Assembly: GCA_018815925.1 (NCBI GenBank) | Contig: JAHIWS010000021.1 | Coordinates: 25,641-89,640, forward strand | Length of the DNA: 64,000 nucleotides | From: Nanobdellota archaeon | GTDB taxonomy: Archaea; Nanobdellota; Nanobdellia; Pacearchaeales; GW2011-AR1 | Direction: 5' to 3' | In this document: positions 1 to 10,461 of the stretch, one piece after another | How positions within the stretch are numbered: position 1 is the stretch's first letter | Layout: the number at the start of each line of letters is the position of its first letter | Made by a program: the position numbers and the translations under genes | The notes under the pieces: generated by a model | Databases searched by the model: none | Seen by the model: the letters and a program-made list of their open reading frames with translations, nothing else | Told to the model about the DNA's origin: nothing

Positions 1-1
1 T

Positions 2-502
2 CTCAATGAAGCAGATATTTTCATAACAGCAACAGGAAACAAAGACATCATAACTCTAGAACATATGAAAAAAATGAAAAATACTTCAATAGTGTGCAAT
101 ATTGGACACTTTGATAATGAAATACAAATAGATCAATTAGAAAAATATCCTGGAATAAGAAAAATAAATATAAAACCACAAGTAGATCAATATCATTTTC
201 CTGATAACCATTACATTACAATCCTCGCAGAAGGAAGATTAGTAAATCTAGGCTGTGCAACAGGACACCCAAGTTTTGTTATGAGTAATTCTTTTACAAA
301 CCAAGTTCTAGCTCAAATCGACTTATGGAAAAAAAACTATTCTCTCGGAGTCTATATGCTTCCAAAAATACTAGATGAAGAAGTTGCAAGACTTCATCTC
401 AACCAACTTGGAGTAAAACTCACACAACTTACTCCAGAACAATCAGAATATATTGGTGTAAAACAAGAAGGCCCTTATAAGCCGGATTATTATAGGTATT
501 GA
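2..502 (+). CDS. ahcY: Adenosylhomocysteinase, C-terminal part (5' truncated by window edge)
   Basis: Frame open from base 2 ([14 protein letters not shown]); motifs [31 protein letters not shown]-terminal [10 protein letters not shown]. Confidence 0.96.
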   Translation, partial: LNEADIFITATGNKDIITLEHMKKMKNTSIVCNIGHFDNEIQIDQLEKYPGIRKINIKPQVDQYHFPDNHYITILAEGRLVNLGCATGHPSFVMSNSFTNQVLAQIDLWKKNYSLGVYMLPKILDEEVARLHLNQLGVKLTQLTPEQSEYIGVKQEGPYKPDYYRY

Positions 503-543
503 ATTAACTAAATCTTTTTAAATAAATTTGTTAGTAAAATAAT

Positions 544-957
544 ATGGCAAATAATATATCAAAAGTAAAACTAACCCAATTAGTTAAAGATGGAGTTACA
601 ATTATAAATAATGTTGGGATAAAAAAAATTGATTTAGGAAAAAGACATTATAATGAAGAGGGATCATATTGTGGAGTTGGATGTGGACTTATAGATGGAT
701 TAATTATAAAATATAATTCAAAGGGATTCAAAGATTCTAGTGAGGATTCCGAAGACAATCTTCCACTTTTTAGTATATCAAGGGGCCCATATAAAAAGTT
801 AGGAATATATTCAAAATCAATCCCAGAAAAAACAAAAGAAGTTGCAGGATTTCATATTTTTTATTCTCCAGGAGACTGGGAAAAACAACTTAAGAATTCA
901 AAAGCAAAATCGGTAGCATGGTCTAAATTTGGAAAGGAGATATTAAGTAAATTATAA
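544..957 (+). CDS. Hypothetical protein
   Basis: 137-aa ORF filling the gap, TATA-like TTTTAAAT just upstream; no motif recognised. Confidence 0.6.
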   Translation: MANNISKVKLTQLVKDGVTIINNVGIKKIDLGKRHYNEEGSYCGVGCGLIDGLIIKYNSKGFKDSSEDSEDNLPLFSISRGPYKKLGIYSKSIPEKTKEVAGFHIFYSPGDWEKQLKNSKAKSVAWSKFGKEILSKL

Positions 958-1010
958 ATAGATAATACTTAAATAAATAACTTTTTAATTCTTATTTCCC
1001 ATTTATTTTC

Positions 1011-1616
1011 ATGAATCAACAACAAGTTTGGAATAAAATAACTCCAGAATGGAATAAATTCAGAACAATTCCTTTTCCAGAAACAATAGGTTTTTTAAAA
1101 AAACAAAAAGGAAAAATCCTAGATTTAGGATCAGGTTCAGGAAGACATCTAATAAAACTAAAAAATGGGAAAATGTATGAAGTTGATTTCTCAAAAGAGA
1201 TGATTAAACTTGCTAAAATTAAAGCAAGCAAACAGAAAATTCCTGCAGAATTTTTTATATCTGAATCAGAAAATCTTCCTTTTCAAAAGAATTTTTTTGA
1301 TGCAGGAATTTGTACCTCACTAATGCAATGTATTGACACCCAAAATAAAAGAAATAAAACAATCCAAGAACTATTTAGAGTTTTAAAACCAGGCTCAAAA
1401 GCTCTAATATCCACTTGGGATAAAAATTCATCCAGGTACAAAAATAAACCAAAAAAAGCCACAATGAAATGGAGAAACAAAGGAACAAGAACAATATATT
1501 TTTATGATGAGCAAGAACTAAAAGATAAATTAAAAAAAGTTGGTTTTAAAATCAAAACCAAAATCCCAAATAAGTTTAATATTATATTTGTTGTTGAGAA
1601 GCCTTCTCAAATTTAA
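1011..1616 (+). CDS. Class I SAM-dependent methyltransferase
   Basis: Motif I ILDLGSGSGR, VDFS, LPF..FFD, ELFRVLKPG. Confidence 0.9.
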   Translation: MNQQQVWNKITPEWNKFRTIPFPETIGFLKKQKGKILDLGSGSGRHLIKLKNGKMYEVDFSKEMIKLAKIKASKQKIPAEFFISESENLPFQKNFFDAGICTSLMQCIDTQNKRNKTIQELFRVLKPGSKALISTWDKNSSRYKNKPKKATMKWRNKGTRTIYFYDEQELKDKLKKVGFKIKTKIPNKFNIIFVVEKPSQI

Positions 1617-1953
1617 GAACATGTAATTTTCCATAAACCCTCTGCCTTCTTCTAAAAAGAGTTTCATCAAACTTTAGATCAAAAAAATAAAGAGATTTCT
1701 TTTTTAAAATTTCATTTAGTATTAAAAGAAGAGCATCTTGATCTTTAAAATAAAACTCTCTAACAGAACAAGAATTAGGTAAAAGAGATTCAACACCTAT
1801 GTTATTTACAAAAATAGTATTTGTTGTATTTTTCTTAATAGGATGTCCAGCAACAAAAATACTATCACATTTATAAATCATATCTTCAGGTTTTTTATTA
1901 AAACCATATAAACATTCTGGACCCTTTAAAGATATATTGCTTAAATTTCTCAT
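1582..1953 (-). CDS. Hypothetical protein
   Basis: 123-aa ORF, no motif recognised. Confidence 0.5.
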   Translation of the reverse strand: MRNLSNISLKGPECLYGFNKKPEDMIYKCDSIFVAGHPIKKNTTNTIFVNNIGVESLLPNSCSVREFYFKDQDALLLILNEILKKKSLYFFDLKFDETLFRRRQRVYGKLHVLKFEKASQQQI

Positions 1954-1994
1954 GACTCTATTATTAATATTTATTTTTTAAACATTATTGTTAT

Positions 1995-2498
1995 TTATAA
2001 CTTCTTTTTTCCGATAACCCTTAACATATCAAAAAAAGACTTTTTCTCAAAGTCCGTTATCCTCATATCTTCAAGATTAATATTAATTTTTATTATTCCT
2101 AAACTTGAAATAAAAATTGTTCCAACTAAAATTTCTTTTTTATCAAACTTTTGCAATGAAAAGAGTAATTTTTGAATCTTTTTATAAATTTTTTCTTCTT
2201 GCATTTTTTCTTTAATCATCTTTTCAACTTCATTAAAATCAAAACTAATATTTAAATTAATCTTTTTTGGAACTTCATCTCCAATCATCTCAACAGGCAC
2301 AAAATTTTCAGACTCAAGTTGAAAACTAAATATTTTTTTATCTTTTGGTATATAAAAATCAAAATGATTTTTATTATCATTTTTTTCTAAATCAATAATA
2401 AAAAAACCACTACAAGGATATGCATCTGGAAATTCTGTAATAAATTTCTCATACTTATCTAAACTCTTAAGTTTCTCAACATAAAATTGAAGGTTCAT
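1995..2498 (-). CDS. Hypothetical protein, translationally coupled to thrS
   Basis: ATGA overlap with thrS stop; 167 aa. Confidence 0.7.
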   Translation of the reverse strand: MNLQFYVEKLKSLDKYEKFITEFPDAYPCSGFFIIDLEKNDNKNHFDFYIPKDKKIFSFQLESENFVPVEMIGDEVPKKINLNISFDFNEVEKMIKEKMQEEKIYKKIQKLLFSLQKFDKKEILVGTIFISSLGIIKININLEDMRITDFEKKSFFDMLRVIGKKKL

Positions 2499-4186
2499 TT
2501 TCTACTAGAAATCTCTACTTTCAAACCTTTAATAAATTTATCTAATTTCACATTCTCAATTTTTTTGTTTCCTCTTGTTCTGATAGCCACACTATTACTT
2601 TTTTCTTCTCTATCTCCTACAACTAATATATAAGGAATTCTATTTAACTCAGCATCTTTAACTTTAGCAGAAACTGTTGTTGACCTTAAATCAGAATCTA
2701 ACCTAATATTAGGAATTTCCTTAATCTTTTTTATTATCTTTTCAGCATATTTTTTATTCTTATCAGTAAAACTAAGCACCCTAACTTGAGTTGGAGCTAA
2801 CCAGGTAGGAAACCTTCCATTATAATGCTCAATTAAAATACCAATAAATCTCTCCAAGCTCCCATAAATTGCCCTATGCAACATAACAGGTCTTTTTCTT
2901 TTATTGTCTTTATCAATATACTCTAAATCAAATCTTTCAGGCATTGAAAAATCCAATTGAATTGTCCCAACCTGCCATTCTCTATTTAAAGAATCCTTAA
3001 CATGAAAATCTATTTTAGGACCATAAAAAGCACCATCACCCTTATTTAATTTAAAAGTAATTTTTTTCTTTTTTAAAACTCTTTCTAAAATTTTTTCAGA
3101 TTTATCCCAAATTTTATCTAATCCTATTCTTATTTTTGGTCTTGTTGAAAGTTCTATCCTATATTTTAAATTAAATTTATCATAAAAATAACCAATAAGA
3201 TCAATAAGTGCATTAATTTCATTTTCTAATTGATCTTCAGTGCAAAAAACATGTGCATCATCTTGAATAAATTGAATAACTCTAAATAAACCAGCCAAAA
3301 CCCCACTCAACTCTTGCCTATGAACAGTTCCAAACTCTCCAACCCTCAAGGGCAAATCCCTATATGATTTGATATTTGTCCTGTAAACAAGCATACCTCC
3401 TGGACAATTCATTGGCTTAACTAAAAACTTTCTTTTTTCATACTCAGTTACAAAATTATTTTCTTTATATTTATCCCAATGGCCAGAAACAATCCATAAT
3501 TTTTTATCCATAATTTCGGGAGTAGAAATTAATTCATAATTTTCTTTTCTTAAAATCTCTTTTGAAAAATTAATTAATTCATCCCTAATAATTAATCCAT
3601 TATTATGCCAAAAAACCATTCCAGGAGCAGCTTCATTAAAACTAAATAAATCCATTTGCCTTCCAATTATCCTGTGATCATTTTCTTTTAGTTTAGAAGT
3701 ATCAAGTTTTGCTTTAGAAATTTCTCTTAAAAGTTGTTTAGAATCATATTTTTTATCATCTTCAACACCCTGAATATTTATCTCTCTACTCAACTCACTC
3801 AAAGGATGACCTTTAACTTTTAATTCAAATTCTTTATAATATCCAAAAGGTGCTCTCACAACTTTGAAATTTTTATTTAAAATCTTTTCAGCTTCTTTCA
3901 TTACATTCACTGCAACATCAGGAGAACTTAAATTTTTAGACAAATGAGCATAAGGATAAATAACAATATTCTTAACCTTAACTTGTGTTGCAATATCTTT
4001 AATCTCTTTAAAATAACTATTTACAGAATTCTTACTATCTGTTTTTTCAACAGCAGTCAAAATTACTAAACACTCTTTTACTTCCTGACCTTTTTTCTGC
4101 TTCTCACTCAGCTCTTCTACTTTTTTCAAGGCCTTTTTCAAAGGCTTAAATTTAATATAATCACAATGTAATGATAGTATTTTCAT
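2495..4186 (-). CDS. thrS: Threonine--tRNA ligase with archaeal-type N-terminal editing domain
   Basis: N-terminal LHCDY/YPYAHLS/APFGYYK/KGHPLSELSR; core KPMNCPG, FIQDDAH, GAFYGPKIDF, HRAIYGSLERF. Confidence 0.97.
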   Translation of the reverse strand: MKILSLHCDYIKFKPLKKALKKVEELSEKQKKGQEVKECLVILTAVEKTDSKNSVNSYFKEIKDIATQVKVKNIVIYPYAHLSKNLSSPDVAVNVMKEAEKILNKNFKVVRAPFGYYKEFELKVKGHPLSELSREINIQGVEDDKKYDSKQLLREISKAKLDTSKLKENDHRIIGRQMDLFSFNEAAPGMVFWHNNGLIIRDELINFSKEILRKENYELISTPEIMDKKLWIVSGHWDKYKENNFVTEYEKRKFLVKPMNCPGGMLVYRTNIKSYRDLPLRVGEFGTVHRQELSGVLAGLFRVIQFIQDDAHVFCTEDQLENEINALIDLIGYFYDKFNLKYRIELSTRPKIRIGLDKIWDKSEKILERVLKKKKITFKLNKGDGAFYGPKIDFHVKDSLNREWQVGTIQLDFSMPERFDLEYIDKDNKRKRPVMLHRAIYGSLERFIGILIEHYNGRFPTWLAPTQVRVLSFTDKNKKYAEKIIKKIKEIPNIRLDSDLRSTTVSAKVKDAELNRIPYILVVGDREEKSNSVAIRTRGNKKIENVKLDKFIKGLKVEISSRK

Positions 4187-4252
4187 AAGACGTTTTTAAC
4201 CTCCATATGATAAAACGGCTTTGACGAAAAATCTATGGTTTTTCAGTCGAAT
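4187..4252 (-). promoter_or_regulatory. Structured 5' leader of thrS (two hairpins, complementary loops, SD-like GGAGGU)
   Basis: Stems 4223-4231/4239-4248 and 4187-4197/4212-4221; TATA box at 4270-4277. Confidence 0.5.
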
Positions 4253-4416
4253 AAAATAAACATTCATTATTTATAAAACTAACCAAATATAATTTTAAAA
4301 ATAAAATCTATTAAGAACAAAACCAATCTACAAAATAATAAACTAAATTAAAAATATTTCTAAAAATCTCTACAAAACTAACTAAAAAAAATCATAGGAA
4401 AAATAAAAAAATAAAA

Positions 4417-4869
4417 TTAAGCAACTTTTCCTGCAATACTTCCACTAGATGTCAAAGGTAATGAACTTCCTGATCTTGTATAACCAACATTAATATCTCC
4501 ACTTATAGTATCTCCAGAACTTAAACCAGTACAACCAGTCCAAGTAAATACAGTTGTTTCACCAGCAGTCATATCAACTGCTACAGGAGCAGTACAAGTA
4601 CCAGTAGAAGGCTGACTAATACTCAATGTAGGAGTTACAGCTGTTATATCTTCTCCACCATTATTTCTAATTTCAACTTGTATTTGTGTAGCACTATAAG
4701 TTACTCCGACTCCATAAAATGGAGCACTAACAACTACTGAATTAGAAACTAATGTGCTAGGTCTAAAATAAATTGCAATAACAGCAATAACAATTATTGC
4801 AGCTAAAATAGCCCAACCATAGGTCATCAAAAATTCCATAGCAGCCTGACCTCTTTTTTCTTCTCTCAT
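4417..4869 (-). CDS. Archaeal type IV pilin, candidate major pilin
   Basis: Class III signal peptide KRG/QAAMEFLMTYGWAIL; strong GGAGGT RBS; Ser/Thr/Gly-rich body. Confidence 0.9.
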   Translation of the reverse strand: MREEKRGQAAMEFLMTYGWAILAAIIVIAVIAIYFRPSTLVSNSVVVSAPFYGVGVTYSATQIQVEIRNNGGEDITAVTPTLSISQPSTGTCTAPVAVDMTAGETTVFTWTGCTGLSSGDTISGDINVGYTRSGSSLPLTSSGSIAGKVA

Positions 4870-5023
4870 ATTTTACCTCCTTTTGATTTTTTGGTTTTAA
4901 AAACTTATATCTTAACGTAGATAATTTAGTATTTAAATCTTGTCTTTTTATTAATTTTATATTAATGAAATTTTAATAAATTAATTTCTCGTCCTTAATA
5001 ATAATTTTCAAAAATAATCTTTT

Positions 5024-5944
5024 TTAAACCCCATACTTTGTATCATGACCGTCCTCAGCATCAATCTTAAACCACGACGGCATATTAGGAACACTATCAT
5101 GTGCAACAGGATTTAAACTACTAAAATAAATATAATCAATACAAGATTTGTCACGAATAATAAGTGCTTGTGCAGAAAGATCTGGAATATTTACAAAACT
5201 CTCAATACCATTAATATTAGGGCCAATGTTTCCTTCAAACCTATCTAAAAAACTAGGTGCTTCAGAATTAGCAGCATAATAACCTTTATCAACATGATCT
5301 ACTAAACCAGTAGCATCTCCTCCAGCAGAATAAGCACCTTCATAAGGAGTCTGACTTATTTTTCTTGAAATTCTAGCATAAGTATTAATAGTAAAAAAAG
5401 GATCTTCAAAAGAAGTCACAGGAATTAAAATTGAAATTACTTGAGTCTTTTCCCATCTTGCTAAATCTGTTCTATCTTCCATTACAAAATCAGAAGTAAG
5501 AGTAATATTCACATACCAAGGATCATTTTGGCTAATATTTAAAACAGAATTATTAAGAGTTATATCCACATTTATTTTTCTTGCTTTATTATTTAAAGAA
5601 TCAACAATATCCTCATAAGTTGCTCCAATTAAAATTGTACTATTTGCCGGCACTCCTAAAATAGTTGCATTAAAAAAAGCTTCTTGAAAAAAACCATCAA
5701 TATCAGGAATATAAACTCCTGAGGAAGTTATTTGATTTTCTGCTAAAAATAAAATCCTAAATCCAGAAATATAAAGTTGTCTTTCAAGATTATCTTCAAC
5801 AGAAAATAGAAAAGAATCCATACTAGAAACCCTTGTCTTAATTGATTTGTTTTCAGAAAAATAAGAAAATAACTCAAAAGATAAAAACATCAAAGAAATT
5901 AAAAAAATTGCAATTAATGTAAAGAACTGGCCTGATTTATTCAT
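5024..5944 (-). CDS. Pilin-like protein (class III signal peptide)
   Basis: MNKSG/QFFTLIAIFL followed by a hydrophobic helix; within pilin operon. Confidence 0.7.
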   Translation of the reverse strand: MNKSGQFFTLIAIFLISLMFLSFELFSYFSENKSIKTRVSSMDSFLFSVEDNLERQLYISGFRILFLAENQITSSGVYIPDIDGFFQEAFFNATILGVPANSTILIGATYEDIVDSLNNKARKINVDITLNNSVLNISQNDPWYVNITLTSDFVMEDRTDLARWEKTQVISILIPVTSFEDPFFTINTYARISRKISQTPYEGAYSAGGDATGLVDHVDKGYYAANSEAPSFLDRFEGNIGPNINGIESFVNIPDLSAQALIIRDKSCIDYIYFSSLNPVAHDSVPNMPSWFKIDAEDGHDTKYGV

Positions 5945-6345
5945 CTTAACACAACCTCCAAACCATCAACTCTCTTTATTATTTTTTTAATTACCTCTTT
6001 AATCTTCTTAGTGTCCTTTTGATTTGTATCTGAAATTTTCCAGACAATTAATTTTTTAACTCTTCCTTTAAATAAAGATGCTGGAACATTATTTGCAACT
6101 ATCACAACAACATCTTGATTCTTTATTAACTTCTCACTAAGACCTCTTGTCCTCCTGTTGATTTTCAAACCAAATTTTTTTCCAATATCAACTAATTTTT
6201 TATTAACGGAAAACCCTTTAAAAATACCTGCACTTTTAACCCTAAATTTTTTATTGATCTTTTTAAAATAAGTCTCAGCTATTTTACTCCTAAATCTATT
6301 ATGCTTGCAAACAAATAAAATATTTTTCTTCATCTTCATCTCCAA
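5941..6345 (-). CDS. Low-molecular-weight protein tyrosine phosphatase / ArsC-like protein
   Basis: ILFVCKHNRFRS (CX5R P-loop), VKSAG, WKISD; real start possibly 6333. Confidence 0.85.
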   Translation of the reverse strand: MEMKMKKNILFVCKHNRFRSKIAETYFKKINKKFRVKSAGIFKGFSVNKKLVDIGKKFGLKINRRTRGLSEKLIKNQDVVVIVANNVPASLFKGRVKKLIVWKISDTNQKDTKKIKEVIKKIIKRVDGLEVVLR

Positions 6346-8873
6346 ACTCTTGCTTGAACTTCAGTCTCCCAAACAAAAGGAATTCCATTTACCTCAAATG
6401 AAGCTATTGTAAGCTCATTTTCTTCAAATTTAGTTTCTACTCTTCCATCTCCATCTAAATCCAAAGACAAAAGCAAATCATAAATAGCATAATCAATTGC
6501 ATCATTAGGATTAAACACATAACCTGCAGAAGTATAGGAACAAATTTCAGTTCCAGAATAACTAGGTGGAAAAACCATTGTTGAATTTGTCCCATCTTCA
6601 AATTCAATTGTCCATATACAACCTTTTGCAGAAGCAACAATAGGTGAAAAACCAGAAATATTTTTAGCAACAGAATAAATAATTTTATTATATTGTGACC
6701 CACTAGTAAAATTTTCAGACCCAACACCTAAAGAAACTCTTACAGAATTTTCTCCTGGTCTTACTTCACTTAAAGGGATATTAATTAAATAAGGATCTCC
6801 TAACTCAGTATAAATATCTCCATACTCTGAAAGATTAAAAATAGTGTTCCAGCCACCTAAATTATTATCATAAATTTCTACCTTACTTGTCCATCTTGAA
6901 CCAGAATAAGAAGTAACACTGACTTCATAAGGAGCAGCATCAAAAGGCAAAGAAAAATTCCCTATAGGTGCAGTACTCCCAAAAATAGGGCTTTCAGCAC
7001 TTATAAGTAATTTATGAGAAAGAGTCCTATCAAAATCAACAGAAATATAAGAACTAGGATACACCTCTGTATAAACTCCCTGAGCAACAATTGTCTGTTC
7101 AGAATATGCTGCATTAATAATCTGTTCAGCAACATCCTCATAAATATCAACTAAATCACTAACATTTCCAGAATAAAAATCACCTCCACCACAATCAGCA
7201 ATTGCCTCTGTTGTATTTTTATCTGCATCATCTCCAAAAGCAATAGCATAAACAATTATCCCATAATCATCATAAGCATCACAAGCAGCTTTAATAGCAT
7301 CATCACCAGCATCATCAGTAATACCATTATAATTTAAATCAGGTGTAACACCTTGTTTTGGGCAATGCACATTCGCTTCACCATCAGTCATAACAACAAT
7401 AGACCTAAAATTCTCAGGAACTGACTGATTATTAAGCCTATCAACTCCTTCATTAATACCACAACAAATACAAGTTCCTCCACCATCATTCCAACCAGCA
7501 ACAACATTATGAAGAGCAACAACATCATTTGAAAGATCATATGAATCACCCATCCGGACATAACCTTCATATCCAATTAATCCAACCCTATTTATAGAAG
7601 AACTTAAAACAGCATCAATAAAAACATTGTTAGCTTGCTTTGCTAAATCTAACTTAGTAGTCCAAACACCATTACAAAGAAAACCTTCACAAGTAGCCTG
7701 GTTCCAATTACAAATAAAATAAGGTGTGACAGAACACCAACCCTCACCCATACTACCAGATAAATCAGTAACAGAAAAAACATCTGCATTTCTAGTTAAA
7801 TTAAGAACATAGGAAACATTTTCCAGTCCAAATCTAAAAGGAATTGTTTTGTAATCCATACCTAAATAATCATTTAAATTATTCCTAAGATAAGCATCTG
7901 TCAAAGTATATTCAACATTTGTTCCATTTCCAGAATAAAGAGTTCTATTTCCTATAGTGAAAAAAACATTATAAGGACTAGTATAATTTAAAAACACTTC
8001 CATACTCTGCAAAAGTCCAGGAACATAAAAACTATCATAAATATTGATAAGACCTTTAATTCCAGGAAATTTAAATTTTCCATTAGTATGAATAGATTGA
8101 GATTCATTATAAATTGACTTGACAAAACCGCCTGCAATATACAAATTTTCACTAGAAGTAAAATAAAGATAATTATTATCTGTAACAAATCCAGAAGAAA
8201 TATTAAATCCAAAAGGCTCGCCTGGAGTTGCATTATAGGAAACAGCTGAGCCACCATTAACAGATAAATTAAAAGGACCTGAAAAAACAGCTTCTCCCCT
8301 AGTAAAAACAACATTTTCTCCTAAATCAAGAGTAATATTTCCATCTCCAATATAACCCCCTAAATAAAAATAACTAAATTTGTTTTCTGAAAATAAAAAA
8401 GCCCTAGAAGAAAAACCACTAGAAGAAGAATTAACATTATTATTAATTCCACTAATAATCTGCCTTGAAGTCCAAACATCTTTTGCACCACCTAAATCAG
8501 TTTCATTAGAATTTGCTATTAACATATTATTAAAATACAGACCAACATTTTCATCCAAACCCAAATCATTTAAAATTGAATTTGCTAAAATCTCTGCATT
8601 CATATCAGAATTTGCATAAAACTCCCCTATTTGTTCTAAAACACTCTGATTAAGGTTAGTTATATTACTACTAAATATTAAAGCCTGAGCTTCTGAATTA
8701 TCAAGTTCCACTATTTTTATATTTGATAATACTTCTAAAAGATCATATTGTACATTAACTTCTTGAGACACGTGTGTTGAAGAAGGCTTAATAAAAAGAA
8801 CAATACCTAGAATAATTACTAATGCTAAAAATGCATCTAAACTAAAATAATAACCTCTTCTATTTTTTCTCAT
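6336..8873 (-). CDS. Large pilin-like vWA-domain protein, putative pilus adhesin
   Basis: Start reassigned to MRKNRRG/YYFSLDAFLAL; MIDAS DLSGS, GGT, VVMTDG; many N-x-S/T sequons. Confidence 0.8.
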   Translation of the reverse strand: MRKNRRGYYFSLDAFLALVIILGIVLFIKPSSTHVSQEVNVQYDLLEVLSNIKIVELDNSEAQALIFSSNITNLNQSVLEQIGEFYANSDMNAEILANSILNDLGLDENVGLYFNNMLIANSNETDLGGAKDVWTSRQIISGINNNVNSSSSGFSSRAFLFSENKFSYFYLGGYIGDGNITLDLGENVVFTRGEAVFSGPFNLSVNGGSAVSYNATPGEPFGFNISSGFVTDNNYLYFTSSENLYIAGGFVKSIYNESQSIHTNGKFKFPGIKGLINIYDSFYVPGLLQSMEVFLNYTSPYNVFFTIGNRTLYSGNGTNVEYTLTDAYLRNNLNDYLGMDYKTIPFRFGLENVSYVLNLTRNADVFSVTDLSGSMGEGWCSVTPYFICNWNQATCEGFLCNGVWTTKLDLAKQANNVFIDAVLSSSINRVGLIGYEGYVRMGDSYDLSNDVVALHNVVAGWNDGGGTCICCGINEGVDRLNNQSVPENFRSIVVMTDGEANVHCPKQGVTPDLNYNGITDDAGDDAIKAACDAYDDYGIIVYAIAFGDDADKNTTEAIADCGGGDFYSGNVSDLVDIYEDVAEQIINAAYSEQTIVAQGVYTEVYPSSYISVDFDRTLSHKLLISAESPIFGSTAPIGNFSLPFDAAPYEVSVTSYSGSRWTSKVEIYDNNLGGWNTIFNLSEYGDIYTELGDPYLINIPLSEVRPGENSVRVSLGVGSENFTSGSQYNKIIYSVAKNISGFSPIVASAKGCIWTIEFEDGTNSTMVFPPSYSGTEICSYTSAGYVFNPNDAIDYAIYDLLLSLDLDGDGRVETKFEENELTIASFEVNGIPFVWETEVQARVWR

Positions 8874-8895
8874 TTTTTGTCTTTTTTTGATTTGT

Positions 8896-9363
8896 TCATT
8901 TCCACACAAACAATTGAAATTTAACGGGTTTATTTTCATAAATAGTCAGTCTAGTAGTCTGGATTAAATTATCTACTTCTGTAGTATTTAGTATACCAAC
9001 ATAATTTCGAGGAACTCCGCTAATCTTCATATTATTTATACTAAAATAAAAATTAAAATTTAATCCTAAGAAATTCCTTTTATCATTATCACTTAAGGCA
9101 TCAAAATTTTCTAATTTTGTTTGATTAACTTTGTTATCAGATAAAATTCCAACACCAACCTCACTTAAAATTAATTCAGAAGCTAAATTACCCTCATAAA
9201 AAAATTCATCTAACTTATCTTTTGATTGAGAAGAAAGATTTATAGCATAATAAAATAAAATAAGAAGGCCAAATAAAAAAATAATTGTTGCCACAACTAG
9301 ATCAAAACTCCAAATCTGACCTTTCTTTCCCTTAGATTTTTTAATTGATAAAAACTGTTCCAT
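8896..9363 (-). CDS. Minor pilin-like protein
   Basis: KKG/QIWSFDLVVA plus hydrophobic helix. Confidence 0.75.
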   Translation of the reverse strand: MEQFLSIKKSKGKKGQIWSFDLVVATIIFLFGLLILFYYAINLSSQSKDKLDEFFYEGNLASELILSEVGVGILSDNKVNQTKLENFDALSDNDKRNFLGLNFNFYFSINNMKISGVPRNYVGILNTTEVDNLIQTTRLTIYENKPVKFQLFVWK

Positions 9364-9730
9364 TTTGTTTTGTTATATTATTTTGCCCTTTTTGTATTGA
9401 ACCATTTACTTCTGGAATTTTATAAAAAAAGATCATATTGCCCATTGAAACATTAACAAAATCCTCTATAATACCCACCTCATATTCTTTTCCTAAAACA
9501 TTTTGAGGTATCTTAAATACTCTAAAATATCCCTCTGAAGATTCTGAAGCAAGACTAATTTCATCTCTTACACTTAATGCAATATTCTGCAAAAGTAATT
9601 TTTCTTTTTCTTTATTTTTCTCATTCATATTGTTTTGAATAACCCCTAAAAAAGTCACAAAAAAGATTAAAACAAATCCTATTAAAACTAAAAATTCTAT
9701 TGCACCTTGGCCTTTTTTAATAAAAAACAT
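9341..9730 (-). CDS. Type IV pilin-like protein
   Basis: KKG/QGAIEFLVL, Glu at +5. Confidence 0.85.
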   Translation of the reverse strand: MFFIKKGQGAIEFLVLIGFVLIFFVTFLGVIQNNMNEKNKEKEKLLLQNIALSVRDEISLASESSEGYFRVFKIPQNVLGKEYEVGIIEDFVNVSMGNMIFFYKIPEVNGSIQKGQNNITKQNGTVFIN

Positions 9731-9828
9731 ATAATCACCTCTTAAAAATATTAGGCAAAGGAATATATAAAATTAAGTATTTAAAATTCCAGAGATAATT
9801 TTATATATCTTACAATATTTTAAAAGAT

Positions 9829-10461
9829 ATGCAAACCCAAACAAAAATAATTTGGAAAATTTTTTTTATATTTATGGCGGTTTTAATTATAATTAGCATA
9901 TTATTTTTTCTAAAAGGAGATGATACTAATGATATTCTAAAAAAAATAACCCAAAATATTTTTGAAAATAACAAAGATAATCAAAAAACAACCTCTGATT
10001 CAGATAACACTCAAGAAATAATTACTTCTAGCCAAGATCAAAGTTCTTCATCTGGTGGAGGTGGTGGAGGAGAAAGTTCATCTTCTGAATCTAGTTCCTT
10101 AGACCTAGAATGCACTGGAAAAGAAATAAGTTACTCAATAATTAATAAAAATAAAACTTCTATTTGTAATTATTATTCAGGAGACATTTGTATTGATAAA
10201 ACAGTTAATTGTTATGCAGAGATTTATAACAGAGATACCACAATTAATGGCCTCTTTAAAATAGAACTAAGATTTCTAAAAGAAGAAGAAAACCAAGAAA
10301 ATGCTCTTGAAATCATAACAAAAGAATTTTTTTTAAATGCTCAAGAACATTATGTCTTTGAAGATTATATAAATATTCAAAGTACTGGAGAAAATGGAAG
10401 TGCAAATAAAGAAATATATTGCTTTTTTAACAGCATCATAATTCCAAGAAAGTGCACTTAA
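9829..10461 (+). CDS. Membrane-anchored hypothetical protein
   Basis: N-terminal TM, Ser/Gly linker, Cys-containing C-terminal domain. Confidence 0.7.
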   Translation: MQTQTKIIWKIFFIFMAVLIIISILFFLKGDDTNDILKKITQNIFENNKDNQKTTSDSDNTQEIITSSQDQSSSSGGGGGGESSSSESSSLDLECTGKEISYSIINKNKTSICNYYSGDICIDKTVNCYAEIYNRDTTINGLFKIELRFLKEEENQENALEIITKEFFLNAQEHYVFEDYINIQSTGENGSANKEIYCFFNSIIIPRKCT

